Shown piece after piece: positions 1 to 11,225 of a stretch of DNA of 64,000 nt. The notes below the pieces were generated by a model. The model saw only the letters and a program-made list of their open reading frames with translations. It had not been told where the DNA came from and made no database searches. Every line of letters begins with the position of its first letter. Within the stretch, counting starts at the first letter, position 1. Origin of the DNA: Neophaeotheca triangularis (Eukaryota); the NCBI GenBank assembly GCA_054600435.1, contig BAAIJX010000048.1, positions 1 through 64,000 of the forward strand, written 5' to 3'. The position numbers and the translations under genes are program-made.

Positions 1-159
1 ACCCCCAACCACGTCAAAACCCCGCCTCCACCACCGTCCCCCAACCACCGCAACCCGAATCTCCCGACACCGCCCCCCCCCCCCCCCACAAACACACCCC
101 CCCCACGCCCCCCCGCGCCCCCCCCCCCCCCCCCGCCCCCCCCCCCCCCCCCCCCCGCG

Positions 160-207
<48 letters not shown>
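1..207. repeat. poly-C low-complexity tract, probably a low-quality contig end
   Basis: Near-pure C runs of up to about 45 nt at the window start, with no telomeric TTAGGG units. Confidence 0.8.
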
Positions 208-507
208 CGTTCTTTTTGTTTTAGTCGTCAGCGTAGAAGCACGGTAGAAGCAGCATGGAAAGGGATTCATCAAGACATGTAGTACCTACTACTAGTTACC
301 TACCCGGTACCTTAGTAAGGTACTACTACTATTAACTAAGGTATAGGTAGGTAGCTACGTTAAGTTAGAAGCCGTGATAGTGTGCTAGTATCACCTTAGC
401 TGCTTAGCCAGGTACAAACGTTAGTGGCGGGATGGCGGCGGCAGTCTCATGTTGGAGATGCAAACGCAACGTCAGTGCTGGCAGACTTCAACGTTAAGGT
501 AGGGAGA

Positions 508-531
508 GTAGTAGTAGTAGTAGTAGTAGTA
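508..531. repeat. (GTA)n microsatellite
   Basis: About 8 tandem GTA units. Confidence 0.9.
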
Positions 532-1321
532 TGTACGGTAGTGATGAGAGAGCTGCAAGGATTATTGCGTATCTTTCTGCACAATAATAAGGTATTAATA
601 TGCGCCTGCACCTCGCTCTCATTGTGCCTTGCCATTGGCTCTTGGTCTCGCTCTCGCCGCCAAAAGACTACTACATCTCTCCACTCTTCTCCAACCTCTT
701 CCTTTTTTTTTTTTTTTTTTCACCTTCTGCCTGCACATTGCACACCGAATTGCCGGGTTTATCAGCATCTTTCTGTACCACACCATAAACGTTAACTGAC
801 CAGCGTACCGTTCTGCTTGCCTTGCCTGCCTTGCCTGCCTTGACCATTATGCTGGGCGCCGGCAGCAGCGGCAAGCAAGAGATCCCCCCCCCCATGTAAC
901 AATTAACATGTCACCTTACCTTTTATTGTTCAATCCTTGCCCTAGTTCCCATCATCCCACCGCGGCGCATTCGCTGATGCGCATTCGGTCTGCGAAGCAT
1001 ATCTACTACTGCTAGCCAAGTTAGTAGTACTACAGTCATTATTTCCGCCGCCGTCTGCACCTAGCCATCTCCTGCAGCACGACAGTTTCATCTTTTGACC
1101 ACTTCTTTTCTAATGCTTGCATTATCGCACATTATTCCCCCTCTCTCCGCCTCTAAACTGCCAGTACTACCGCCCGGCACTACTACACCAGAAACCTCGC
1201 TTTCTCCTTTTGTTCTCTTCCTCGACCTCTCTCTGCGACATGCATCCCCTTCTGTAACTAATCCGTTGCTCGCGCGCCCTCTTCTCTTACACGCTCGTTA
1301 TACAGACGCACACCAGGTGTA

Positions 1322-1360
1322 TCCATACCCATACCCATACCCATACTCATACCCATACCC
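1322..1360 (+). repeat. (CCATAC)n hexamer repeat in a pyrimidine-rich upstream region
   Basis: About 6 near-perfect CCATAC units. Confidence 0.85.
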
Positions 1361-1663
1361 TGGTGCTAGCCAATCTGCCTCTCCTCCCTTCCCCCCCCTC
1401 CCCTCCCCCTCACCCTCACCCTCCCTCGCTCGCCATTGACCTTCGCTATCTCTGGTCCGACTTCAACCTTCTACACAACGACCTTTGCTGGCCCGCAGCG
1501 CGCTCTGCGACGCGTGCTGTTTTGATTTCCTTTGTTTTTACAAGAAACATCTCACGACTTGACGAGCCACACGCGCCCACTAATCCTGTTCAAATATTGT
1601 ACGACTTTGCATGTCTTTCTATGACTGTCCAACGTGTTCCTTTGCTTCTGCCTCACGTTCGTA

Positions 1664-2746
1664 ATGGCCGATGGGCGCCCGTGGTCTAATGACGAGAAGG
1701 TGGGAGTTCGAATAATGTCCCACTCGCTTGGCTATGCCGCGTTTACTAACTCCCATTTGACAGAACTACTTGCTGGCCGAGATTATCAAAGCTGCACCGG
1801 TGCCGCCACGCAGGCTTTTGGAAGTAATCAATCAACTTCAGATACAACCGAAATGGGACGAGATGCCGCTGCCACCTGGTATGTGATTGATCCTTTCGAC
1901 ACAGTACCGCAGAGTTCTAGACTAACGACATGTCAAGGTCGATCGTTGAATGCATGCCGTGCTGCTTTTCAAGATATTCAGCGAATCGATGGGCCTTCGC
2001 CAATGCAGCGGAGCTATCAGCTAGGTCCTCAGACTCCATATTCCGCGCCATTGCCGACGGCTGGAAAGCGCATGTACGGTAGCGATACGTCTTACCCTGC
2101 TGCCCGACCGCTGCAACCGAAACCGACCTCCTCGCTGAGCAGCTTACTCAACCAGCCTCCAACGGAACCACCGCCAAAACGGAAACGGGGTCGACCTACC
2201 AAAGCTGAAGCGCAGGCAAAGGCAGAGGCAGCGGCAGCAACGGGAGAAGGTCAATCAGGCCAAAACCAACCTCACCAATTGCAGCGTTCCCAAAGCGTGG
2301 TTTCGGTGGGGCCTCAATCAGCATCAGGCCCCGGGCCAGGTCCAACAAGCACCCCTTTACACGTCGAAACGCGCCCTTCCCCTCAGCACCAGCACCAACC
2401 AACAACGCGCATGCCAATCTCAGCCATCATGACACCGACGACGCGAGAACCCGGCACCGGAAGCAATTCCAGCTCATCATCAGGGAAAAGGAGGAGAGGC
2501 AGGTCCATGCGTTCGGATCGGGGAGCACTGGGATCTGCGCCCGCATCCATGGCTGGCGGCGGAGTCCCGTACGAGAGAACCTACGAATCGCCGTACGGAG
2601 GTATCATTGGCAATCCGGAAGACACACCCGCGCAGACGGCTGCTCAGCGGCACCGCGACGAGCAGCAGCCGCATGGCACGCCCTATGCCCCGCCGCCCCC
2701 GCCGCCATACCCGGAGCCGCCTGGGCAGGTTACGTATCACCCATGA
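1664..2746 (+). CDS. AT-hook protein with a small Myb/SANT-like N-terminal domain (putative transcription or chromatin factor), 3 exons
   Basis: Splicing introns ~1700-1763 and ~1879-1937 gives MADGRPWSNDEK-NYLLAEIIKAAPVPPRRLLEVINQLQIQPKWDEMPLPP-GRSLNAC. It carries an AT-hook KRKRGRPTK and a second basic motif GKRRRGRS; the rest is low-complexity. Confidence 0.75.
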   Translation: MADGRPWSNDEKVGVRIMSHSLGYAAFTNSHLTELLAGRDYQSCTGAATQAFGSNQSTSDTTEMGRDAAATWYVIDPFDTVPQSSRLTTCQGRSLNACRAAFQDIQRIDGPSPMQRSYQLGPQTPYSAPLPTAGKRMYGSDTSYPAARPLQPKPTSSLSSLLNQPPTEPPPKRKRGRPTKAEAQAKAEAAAATGEGQSGQNQPHQLQRSQSVVSVGPQSASGPGPGPTSTPLHVETRPSPQHQHQPTTRMPISAIMTPTTREPGTGSNSSSSSGKRRRGRSMRSDRGALGSAPASMAGGGVPYERTYESPYGGIIGNPEDTPAQTAAQRHRDEQQPHGTPYAPPPPPPYPEPPGQVTYHP

Positions 2747-3953
2747 GAGGGTGGAGGAAGTGCGATGAAACATGGATCAAAGGGAAGACAAGAAGAGAAA
2801 TATCAAAGACACGAAAAAAGCCAAACGACACCGGCACGATAACGGACAATCTAAAAAGGGAAGAAGAAGAAAGCTAGACAGCTCGAAAACCGGCTAAGGA
2901 CCCCGCTCGCGTGCAAAGACAGTGCCCGTCAACAATCTCACGACATACAAGGAGGAGAAACGAAAAAGTAGAAAAAGAGAGAAGACCAAGACAAGACAAG
3001 AAAAAAGAAGCAGCAAAAAACTCCGACGCAAACAAGAAAGACTCCAAGCCCCCCCCAACACGGCCTCACGACCAAAAGCGAAAGGACACAGAAAAGACTA
3101 AAAAGGAGGAACAAACCTCCCTACCGGCGGCGAAGAATCTTTGCTTTTCCCCATTGTGTTTGTTACTCGAGCGAGCAGCCAAAGCGCATGTACCACTACT
3201 ACTACTACCACCATACTTACAACATCGACGGCCAAACATTTTTGCATTCGGCGGAGGAGGGGGCTTTTCCACGAGCGAGCGAGCGAGCGAGGGAGCGGCG
3301 GTCCCGTGGTTTCTTTCTTTTTCTTCTTCTTTCTCTGTTTCTCAAGCGCTACGAGGGCTGGTTGTTTTCTGTTTTTGTTCCTGTTCTGGTGTTTTTTTTT
3401 TTTTTTCAAAACTGTGCTGGGCGCTCTTTTTTGTGTACATTAAATGCTTTGGGGGGCGTTTTCTTTCCTCTTTTTTTGGGGGGGGGAGGAGTGCGGTGGA
3501 GGACTTGGTTTTGATATGGCATGGTGTACCACTATGGGTGGATGAATTGGATGGTGCTGGACGTAGCGATAATGATGTTGAGAATCTTAACGGCCGATTT
3601 TAATTGCTTTGTTGCAAGATTTGATCTGAATTTGGTTGGTTGGATGATAAGAGTCGATGTCTGTGTCTGGAGCGAGCGTATAGTGTGTTTTAGGTTTTTC
3701 ATGTCGAGGTACAGAGGAAGGGAGGCCGTCTTCTTTTGGGTATGCGGCGGGTTCGAGAAAACGCTCAAGGTACTATGCTAGATATACGAATAGACGTGTC
3801 TAAACGCCTCGACGAATACAGGTACGCACGAACGTATAAGCTCATCCTTATAAATCTCACGCCGGATTCTCCAATGCAAAATGGGTATGTACAATTCCCC
3901 GGCGAACACGACCACGACAAGGCGCATGCACGTCTCGTAGCTCTTTGTTCGTT

Positions 3954-4813
3954 TCACGGCGCCCTGACTTCTTGCGCCTTAGCCTCCTCAGGCTTCCCAT
4001 GCTCCAAATCCGGCTTGTTCACCTTCTTGACCTTGCCATTCAACTTCTTGTCCCTAGCCTCTTGCGCCTTGACCGCCTCCTCGCGCTCCTTAATCCGCTG
4101 CTCCTCAGCTTCAACCATATCCCTCCACTGGTCCTCGCCCTGGTAGCGCTCATGATGGATTTTCTTCTCCACCATGCGCTGGTGCGACGGGTCGCTCTCG
4201 TCCAACACCTGCACAGTCTCCCACCGCCCCTGCCCCGATCGCGAGTCCGAAGTCTCAAAAGCCAGCGAGATGATGACCACGGCGATTGTCAACCCTTGCG
4301 CGTACACACGTGCTTGGACGAGCTTCTGCTGCCCCGTGAGGTACGGGTTGCGGCCGACGATGCCGAGCGCTGTGCCCATGGATGCTACCCACGAGCCGAA
4401 GACGACCGAGTAGCGGTTCTTGGAGAGCCAGTCCATGGTGCGCTGTTTGGTGGATTTCTGGGCTTCGGCGGCTTGTTGGAGGGAGGTGCTCTCGTCTTGG
4501 TAGCGTTTGGCCGGGTTGCGCTGTTCTTCGAATCGCCGCGAGTAGGTGTCGGCGGCGATGATGGCGGAGAAGGTTCCCGAGCTGGTTACGAGGAAGGCGC
4601 GTAGGGGGAGCGTGAGTTGTCGGAAGGCTGGGTAGCGGCGTTGGGCAGCGAGGACGCCTATGCCGCCGAGGGCGAGGCCTGCGAGACCGCCGCCGATGCC
4701 TCCTTTGAGCGTTGCACTGGTGTCGTGGTTAGGCTGGTGGTTTCTTGCGACGGGGCGAGGGAGGGCATTTACTTGTAATGCTCTTGCTCTTCTTCCTTGG
4801 TCAGGATCTTCAT
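3954..4813 (-). CDS. RCF2: mitochondrial respiratory supercomplex factor 2 (HIG1 domain)
   Basis: Exon 1 MKILTKEEEQEHY, intron ~4772-4717, then the HIG1 motif QKLVQARVYAQGLT and C-terminal ERYxGEDQWRDMVEAEE. Confidence 0.9.
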
Positions 4814-5294
4814 GCTGCCTGTTTAGTTGGGGGAGGTCGAACAGTTGACTGAAGATCAGGACTCTGAACAATGGCAGTTTAACAATGGCAGTTTGAATAA
4901 GGTATCAAGTCTGGTGTATGCTTGACGTGGTCTTAACTTGGTAAAGAAAAAGGATATGGCAAACAGCCGGTTGGTGGCGTGATGTGTGAAGAAGAAGAAG
5001 AAGTAGGTAGGTAACGGTAAATAGATTGAGGCTCGTAAATGTACTAGACACACGCCCGGACGGTGATGTTTCGGAGAAGCCCAGCGTGAGCTTTCTCTCA
5101 CGTCATGGCGATGTTGCGGCTCGAGTGCGGAACCGGCGAGCTCGGGAGCTTCAGCGGTTCAGCCTTCAGCGGTTCAGCGTCCAACAACGGCCACTAAAAA
5201 TTAAAAGCTGGGAGATCCGTGCGCAAGCCAACACTTCCGTAATAGGCAGGCATGTCAGATCTTATCTTTTTTCTAAAACGGACAAATATCCATC

Positions 5295-6359
5295 ATGGCG
5301 CCGTCTCAGGTCTTACAGCACAATGTGCAGCCCTTGCGACCTCGTCAATACGGGTCGGATGTCTCTGCATCTGACGGGGGTGAGTTTGACGACGAAATTG
5401 AAGCGAGCGATGCGCCATCGGGCGACGAAATCTCAGGGCATGAGGAGGGAGGAAGTAATAACGACGATGAAGACGTTGGTTTGAGCGAGGGCGATGGAGG
5501 AGAAGATGCACAGGCTCAGATCAGCAGCGTATCGTTTGGTGCTTTGAAGCAAGCGCAGGACTCGCTGTCGAGAAAGAGGAAGCGAGGATCAGATTCTGCA
5601 CCAGAACAGGAAGACAAACTGGCGTCACTGAGAGACCGCTTAAAGGAACTCAGAGAGAAGAAGGCGCTTGATGCTCCAAAATCCAAGTCCAAGCCGGAGA
5701 AATCGTCAAAAGCCGCGAAAATGACTTCCGATGCTACAGAGGAACGAACGGCACGAGACGGAGATGCCATCAGCGCCGCAGGCTCGGACTCAGACTCAGC
5801 GCCCTCAGAAGAAGAAGCGCCATCCCACTCGCGATCTTCCAAACACGCACCCGCTTCCCAATCCTCAAGGCGACAAGTCACCCGCAAACGCAACGTAATT
5901 GACGTTCCCAAACGAGCCGTGCGAGACCCGCGCTTCGATGCCATCCACAACCAACCCATCCACCAAGGCAACACGGAAAAAGCCTACAGTTTTCTGACCG
6001 ATTACCAAAAGTCCGAAATCGCGGAGCTGAAAGCGGCAATGAAGAAGACGAAATCCGAAAACGAGAAGGAGGAGCTCAAGCGCACGGTCATGGCCATGGA
6101 GAATCGTCTTAGATCCAAGGAGGCTAGGGATAGGCAGCAGGCCGTTTTGAACAAACACCGCAAGGAGGAGAAGGATAGGGTCCAGGAGGGCAAGAATCCT
6201 TATTATTTGAAGAGGAGTGAGGTTAAGGAGAGGGCGCTTGTGGATCGATACAAGGGTATGAAGGGTAAAGAGCGCGAGAAGGCTGTGGATAAGAAGAGGA
6301 AGAAGGAGGGCCAAAAGGAGAAAAAGCGGATGCCGAGTGCGAGGCGAGCTGCTGGATGA
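5295..6359 (+). CDS. RRP36: rRNA biogenesis protein Rrp36
   Basis: Intronless 354 aa ORF with SFGALKQAQ, RSSKHAP, RDPRFD, KAYSFL and GKNPYYLKRSE motifs and a Lys-rich C-terminus. Confidence 0.9.
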   Translation: MAPSQVLQHNVQPLRPRQYGSDVSASDGGEFDDEIEASDAPSGDEISGHEEGGSNNDDEDVGLSEGDGGEDAQAQISSVSFGALKQAQDSLSRKRKRGSDSAPEQEDKLASLRDRLKELREKKALDAPKSKSKPEKSSKAAKMTSDATEERTARDGDAISAAGSDSDSAPSEEEAPSHSRSSKHAPASQSSRRQVTRKRNVIDVPKRAVRDPRFDAIHNQPIHQGNTEKAYSFLTDYQKSEIAELKAAMKKTKSENEKEELKRTVMAMENRLRSKEARDRQQAVLNKHRKEEKDRVQEGKNPYYLKRSEVKERALVDRYKGMKGKEREKAVDKKRKKEGQKEKKRMPSARRAAG

Positions 6360-7252
6360 GGGTACATGCTATGTTACGAAAATGCCGCCCGAAGTCTACG
6401 ACGGGCTTTCACTACCTGGTGTCGACATATGCTGCTCACGTCTGCACACGAGAGGTATTCGACTTTCGTCGGGTGCAGTATGGAAGCTCCCCTTTTCGTC
6501 TTGCACCACAGCTTGCAACGCTTGGCAAATCGTCAGGATGGTGAGGTCGCCAGGCTTTTCGGGGTGGCCGGAGGACGTCAATGGAAACGAAATATTGCCC
6601 GATTTGGGACAGGATTTTTGCTCAATGATTGCTCGCACTGCAAGTCCTAAGCAGCCAAGCGAATGAGGCTGCTCACCTCAGCTCTTCGGCTTACAGCCTT
6701 CGCAGTCGACCACGTGTTTACGTACATACTTGGTGCTTTTTGCAAGCGACAAAGTCAACGAGGCTGCTGACATCAGCTCTTCGTCTTACAGCTCCGCTGT
6801 TGACGGCGTTTCGATCGTGACTGCCTGGTATGCGTTTTTCCCGGACTAAAGGGAGACTTGTAGTCCGAGCGAGAAGATGTGTTTTCTTGCGCTATTTGCA
6901 ACAGCCGAACGGAATACGGACATGGTGCTCGCTTCTATTGGATTTGAGCACACGATCCTTTGCGCTGCTTGGTAATACCGCGAAACCCGGAGCTACCTAC
7001 GGAGGTATCTGAAGCTAAGCCCGAGACACCTCGAGTATCGTATTACTACTCTATGTTGTTGTATAGTTCATTGCGCTACCGTGGCCTGATGCTTACGTGG
7101 GCTCAGACGCATTCTCACTTCTTATTGCATCGACGTGGTAGTGCAGGTTAGGCAGCAGGCTCGGAGGAGCACTTATAATACGAAGAGGTAGGCTCCTGTC
7201 ATCGCTCGAACCCCCAACCAACGTCCCACACCAGTCTTCAAACCCATCCACA

Positions 7253-8236
7253 ATGGCATCTCAGCCAACAATCCTCGTCACCTCAGCTGGAGGCAACATT
7301 GGCCTCGAGCTCACACCGTTGCTATTAAAAGGAGACGCGAAGCTAGTCTTCGTGACATCGAACGCAGAGCAACTGTGGACCACCTTCCCAGCACTGGCGG
7401 ACCACCCCAACGCCACGGTCGAGGAGGGCAGCATCAAGCACCCCCAATTCATCGAAGCAATCATCAAGAAACACTCGGTGACATCCGTCTTTCTCACCGT
7501 CTCCGGCGCCGACGAACTATTGGTAACACTCGGTTTCTGGGATGCCATGGAGAGGGCCGGAAGCATCAAACACCTCGTCTGGATCAGCGGCACGGAAAAC
7601 TACTACGTCTCACAGCCGGGCCTATCGCAACTGCTGAAATCCTGCTCCTCCAACATCGTCCTAACCAAAGCGATCCTAGAGCAAAAATTGGCCTTCGCCG
7701 GCTTCCCGTGGGCAACGACTATCCTGGGCCCCTCGATCTTCTTTACAAACGACATGCTCTCCCTGCCACCCATGCTCGAAGAGGGCTTTTACTCCATGCC
7801 TCTGGGCGAAAAGGTCGGGTGCAGCAGAGTCTCGACTTCAGACATAGCTCTCGCGGCTCGCAACGCTTTCCAGGACCCGGCCAAGTGGGACAGGAAAGTG
7901 CACATTGGCTCGCTCCGACGATACCGGGGGAGCGAGACGGCTCGCTACTGGGGCGAGGCGCTCGGCCGGCAGATCCGCGTCTGCGATCACACGGATAAGG
8001 AACAAATGCTTGCTCTTGAAAACACGGTCGCTTCTTTTGCGCCGTATATTAGTGGAGTTGGGGAGGGTGCTGCGCGGGGTTGGGGCAGGACTGTGGGGTG
8101 CATGTATGAGACTTTTGCCGAGCATGGGTTTGGTATGACTGAGGAGGATCATGCAGTTCAGGTCGAGCTGCTGGGGAAGGAGCCGGAGGACTATGAGAGT
8201 TGGGTTGCTGAGCAGGGTAGAAAGGCTTTGGGGTAG
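7253..8236 (+). CDS. NmrA-like NAD(P)-binding atypical SDR oxidoreductase
   Basis: 327 aa intronless ORF with Rossmann motif ILVTSAGGNIG, TILGPSIFFTND and VSTSDIA. TATA-like TATAATA near 7175. Confidence 0.8.
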   Translation: MASQPTILVTSAGGNIGLELTPLLLKGDAKLVFVTSNAEQLWTTFPALADHPNATVEEGSIKHPQFIEAIIKKHSVTSVFLTVSGADELLVTLGFWDAMERAGSIKHLVWISGTENYYVSQPGLSQLLKSCSSNIVLTKAILEQKLAFAGFPWATTILGPSIFFTNDMLSLPPMLEEGFYSMPLGEKVGCSRVSTSDIALAARNAFQDPAKWDRKVHIGSLRRYRGSETARYWGEALGRQIRVCDHTDKEQMLALENTVASFAPYISGVGEGAARGWGRTVGCMYETFAEHGFGMTEEDHAVQVELLGKEPEDYESWVAEQGRKALG

Positions 8237-8290
8237 GAGGTGGGAGGTACTCCATCTAAATACCTACATAACCTAACCTAATCTGAAGTG

Positions 8291-8317
8291 CTTTTATCTT
8301 ATCTCTATCTTATCTCG
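8291..8317. promoter_or_regulatory. cluster of four HGATAR (AreA/NIT2-type GATA) sites upstream of the permease
   Basis: ttttatcttatctctatcttatctc has TATC at 8295, 8300, 8306 and 8311. Confidence 0.55.
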
Positions 8318-8930
8318 TTCGCGCGGCGGGAGAAAGGCGCGACTTTCCGACTCCGACTCCGACCCCGACCCCGACCCGACCCCACCTCTTCTCTTCTTCT
8401 CCACGAGAGCCCTGAAGGCTTCCAGAGTCCAGACGGCCGTCCCGTCTCTCACTCGCATTATCAGCCCCACGACCCAAGACGGTGGTGACTAATAACTCAG
8501 TTGACTAACTTATAGGCGAAGATTGATGTTCTGATGTTTTACCATGATACGACGTAGAACTAGACATCCTGCAGCGTATCAGAACGTCCCCGGGTATTAT
8601 CATGATATTGATGTTGGTGTGACAGTGTACCAGTAGTCTACTTCTTGACTTGGTCTCTTATCTCGTCTTGGCTCTTCTTTGCTCAGCCCTTCCCTTAACC
8701 TTCTCTTCTGTTCGTTGTTTGATATCCTCCTCCTCCTCCTCCTCCTCCTCCATCTACAGCATTCTTACCGCCCGTACGACTTACTACACACCAGGCGAGA
8801 AGGGCATCGCTCACTCGGACGTGCTGCGACTCTGCCTCGATACTCTAATCTACCGCCTTGAAACTGGTGACGCGTCTTGGCCAGCGAGAGCATCAGCCAC
8901 CCCCCGACTCCAACAACATCTCATGCTACA

Positions 8931-10686
8931 ATGGACACCCTCAGGAACCGCAGCCATTATGGCGATAGCGTCCCACGCCGCCAAAACTCCACCATCGACA
9001 CTACCGCGGATGCCGAGCTGGCGCGGATGGGCTACAAGTCCGAGTTGCCTCGAAGCCTAAGCATGCTATCCATCTTGGGAATGTCCTTCGCCATCATGGC
9101 CGTTCCTTTCGGCCTGTCAACAACAATGGCGTACGGTCTGACGTGCGGCACGAGTGTCACCATTCTCTGGGGCTGGGTGCTGCTGAGCTTGATCTCCCTG
9201 AGCATTGCAGCGTCGTTGGCCGAGATTTGCGCCTGCTATCCTACAGCCGGAGGAGTGTACTACTGGTCTGCCATGATGTCGACGCGTGAATGGGCGCCCC
9301 TTACAAGCTGGATCACTGGCTGGTTCAACTGCGTCGGCAACTGGACGGTAACCTTGTCCATCAACTTCTCCGGCGGTCAGCTTATCCTCAGCGCCATCTC
9401 ACTGTTCAACGAGGATTTCGTCGCCAATGAATGGCAAACAGTGTTGATGTTTTGGGCCGTCATGTTGGTCTGCTTCTTGATCAATTGCTTCGGCGCTCGC
9501 TATTTGGATCTCATCAACAAGATATGCATTGTCTGGACTGCAGCCAGCGTGCTGATCATCCTCATCACCGTACTTTCCATGGCCAACAGCAAACGAAGTG
9601 GTGAATGGGTTTTCTCCAACTACGACGCCTCAGCATCTGGATATCCCTCTGGATTTGCTTTCTTTGTTGGCCTGCTCCAATCCGCATACACACTGACAGG
9701 CTATGGCCTCGTTGCCGCCCTGAGCGAGGAAGTGCAGAACCCCGCCCGCGAAGTCCCACGAGCCATTGTTCTCTCGGTAGCGGCTGCCGGTGTAACTGGA
9801 GTAGTCTACCTAATACCCATCCTATTTGTCATGCCAGACATTCCCATGTTGCTCAACGTCGCCTCCGGTCAACCCATTGGCACCATCTTCAAGGAAGCCA
9901 CAGGCTCAGCCGCCGGAGGTTTCGGACTCCTCTTCCTAATCCTCGGCATCCTATTCTTCGCAGGAACCGGAGCATTAACCGCCTCCTCCCGATGCACTTT
10001 CGCTTTCGCACGCGACGGAGCCATCCGTTCGTTCACCCCACTCCCCAAAGCATCCATTTCCAGACTAACCCCCTTTCCCAGCGGGCAGCAGATGGTTCGG
10101 CACCACGAACGAGCGTCTCGGAATTCCTCTCTGGGGCCTAGTCCTCTCAACAGCCATCGACTGCCTCCTGGGCCTAATCTACTTCGGCTCCCCAGCCGCT
10201 TTCAACAGTTTCACAGGCGTCGCGACAATCTGTCTCTCCTGCTCCTACGGCCTGCCAATCTTGGTCTCCGTGATCCGCAAGCGACAAATGGTAGCGACCA
10301 GCACTTTCTCGCTGGGCAAATTCGGCTACGCAATCAACATTGTGTGTATCTGCTGGATCGCACTAGCCATTTTCCTCTTCTGCTTGCCGATTAGTCTGCC
10401 CGTGACGGCTGCGGACATGAATTACGCTAGTGTCGTCTTCGCTGGGTAGGTCAAGCCCTTCCCAATCTGTTTCCTCCGTCTAACCTATCGCTGACATTCT
10501 TTGCGCAGTTTCGCCGCAATAAGCGTCTCGTGGTACTTCATTCGCGGTCGCAAACACTTTACCGGCCCCCCGGTGGTTCAAGACGATGGTCCCGTTGTCA
10601 AAGGCCAGGTTGTGGATGGCGAGATGGGAAGTTTCGAGGGCCCGGAGAAAGTGGCGAGCTTAGAACCAAAGGGGCCTACGACGTAG
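8931..10686 (+). CDS. amino acid permease, ACT family (GABA/choline/polyamine, Uga4/Hnm1-like), 3 exons
   Basis: LARMGYKSELPR, SLAEICACYPTAGGVYYWS, SEEVQNP and FAFARDGAIP motifs with about 12 TM segments. Introns ~10027-10081 and ~10446-10508. Confidence 0.9.
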
Positions 10687-11225
10687 GCCGGGAAATGTCC
10701 GTATCCTGCAAGCCTACCGTCTTCTCATGTCCGTCTTGTTCTCTATTCGAACTAAACCCATGCTTACATGAGACTGGGAGTTTCTAGGTCGGTGGGACCT
10801 TCTCAGCGGCCACTTCGGTACCAGGTGTACCCTGGTATCTAAGCAAGGTAGACGACCGTAGAGTGAGAGGTCGACGGAAAACACCAAGGCTCAAGGTGCC
10901 CCTAACAGCGAACCTCAGCACTCCTCGGCTCAGCAGACTCGAGATCCGGCACGGCGTGCAAAGGCCCTAGACCGCTGTTCACGCACTAAACGATGAGCAG
11001 GGCCAACGCGACCGAGCACACCAAGGCTGGCCACGGCTTACTCGAACAGAGATCGACAAGTCAGACAACACCTTACTTGATATCGCATCTAGACAGCAAG
11101 AAAGAAGTCTGATAACAGAGACATTTGTTCGAGAAGCTGACTGACTGGTATCGACTTATACCGACGGCATGGGCAAAGAACACCTATGCGCAACAGCATC
11201 CACGCTTCCCAGACGAACCCAAACC

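Noticed and set aside
1..207. Poly-C as a telomere or G-quadruplex element
   Set aside because: No regular repeat unit, and it sits at the window or contig edge, so it is more likely a sequencing or assembly artefact.
2911..3603. 230 aa and overlapping ORFs downstream of the AT-hook gene
   Set aside because: They arise from A-rich and T-rich low-complexity UTR sequence and have non-ATG or poor starts.
10850..11115. U3 snoRNA-like boxes (AGAGTGAG, GATGA, CTGA)
   Set aside because: The conserved U3 5' domain (box A'/A, GGATCATTTC) is absent, so the short matches are likely chance.
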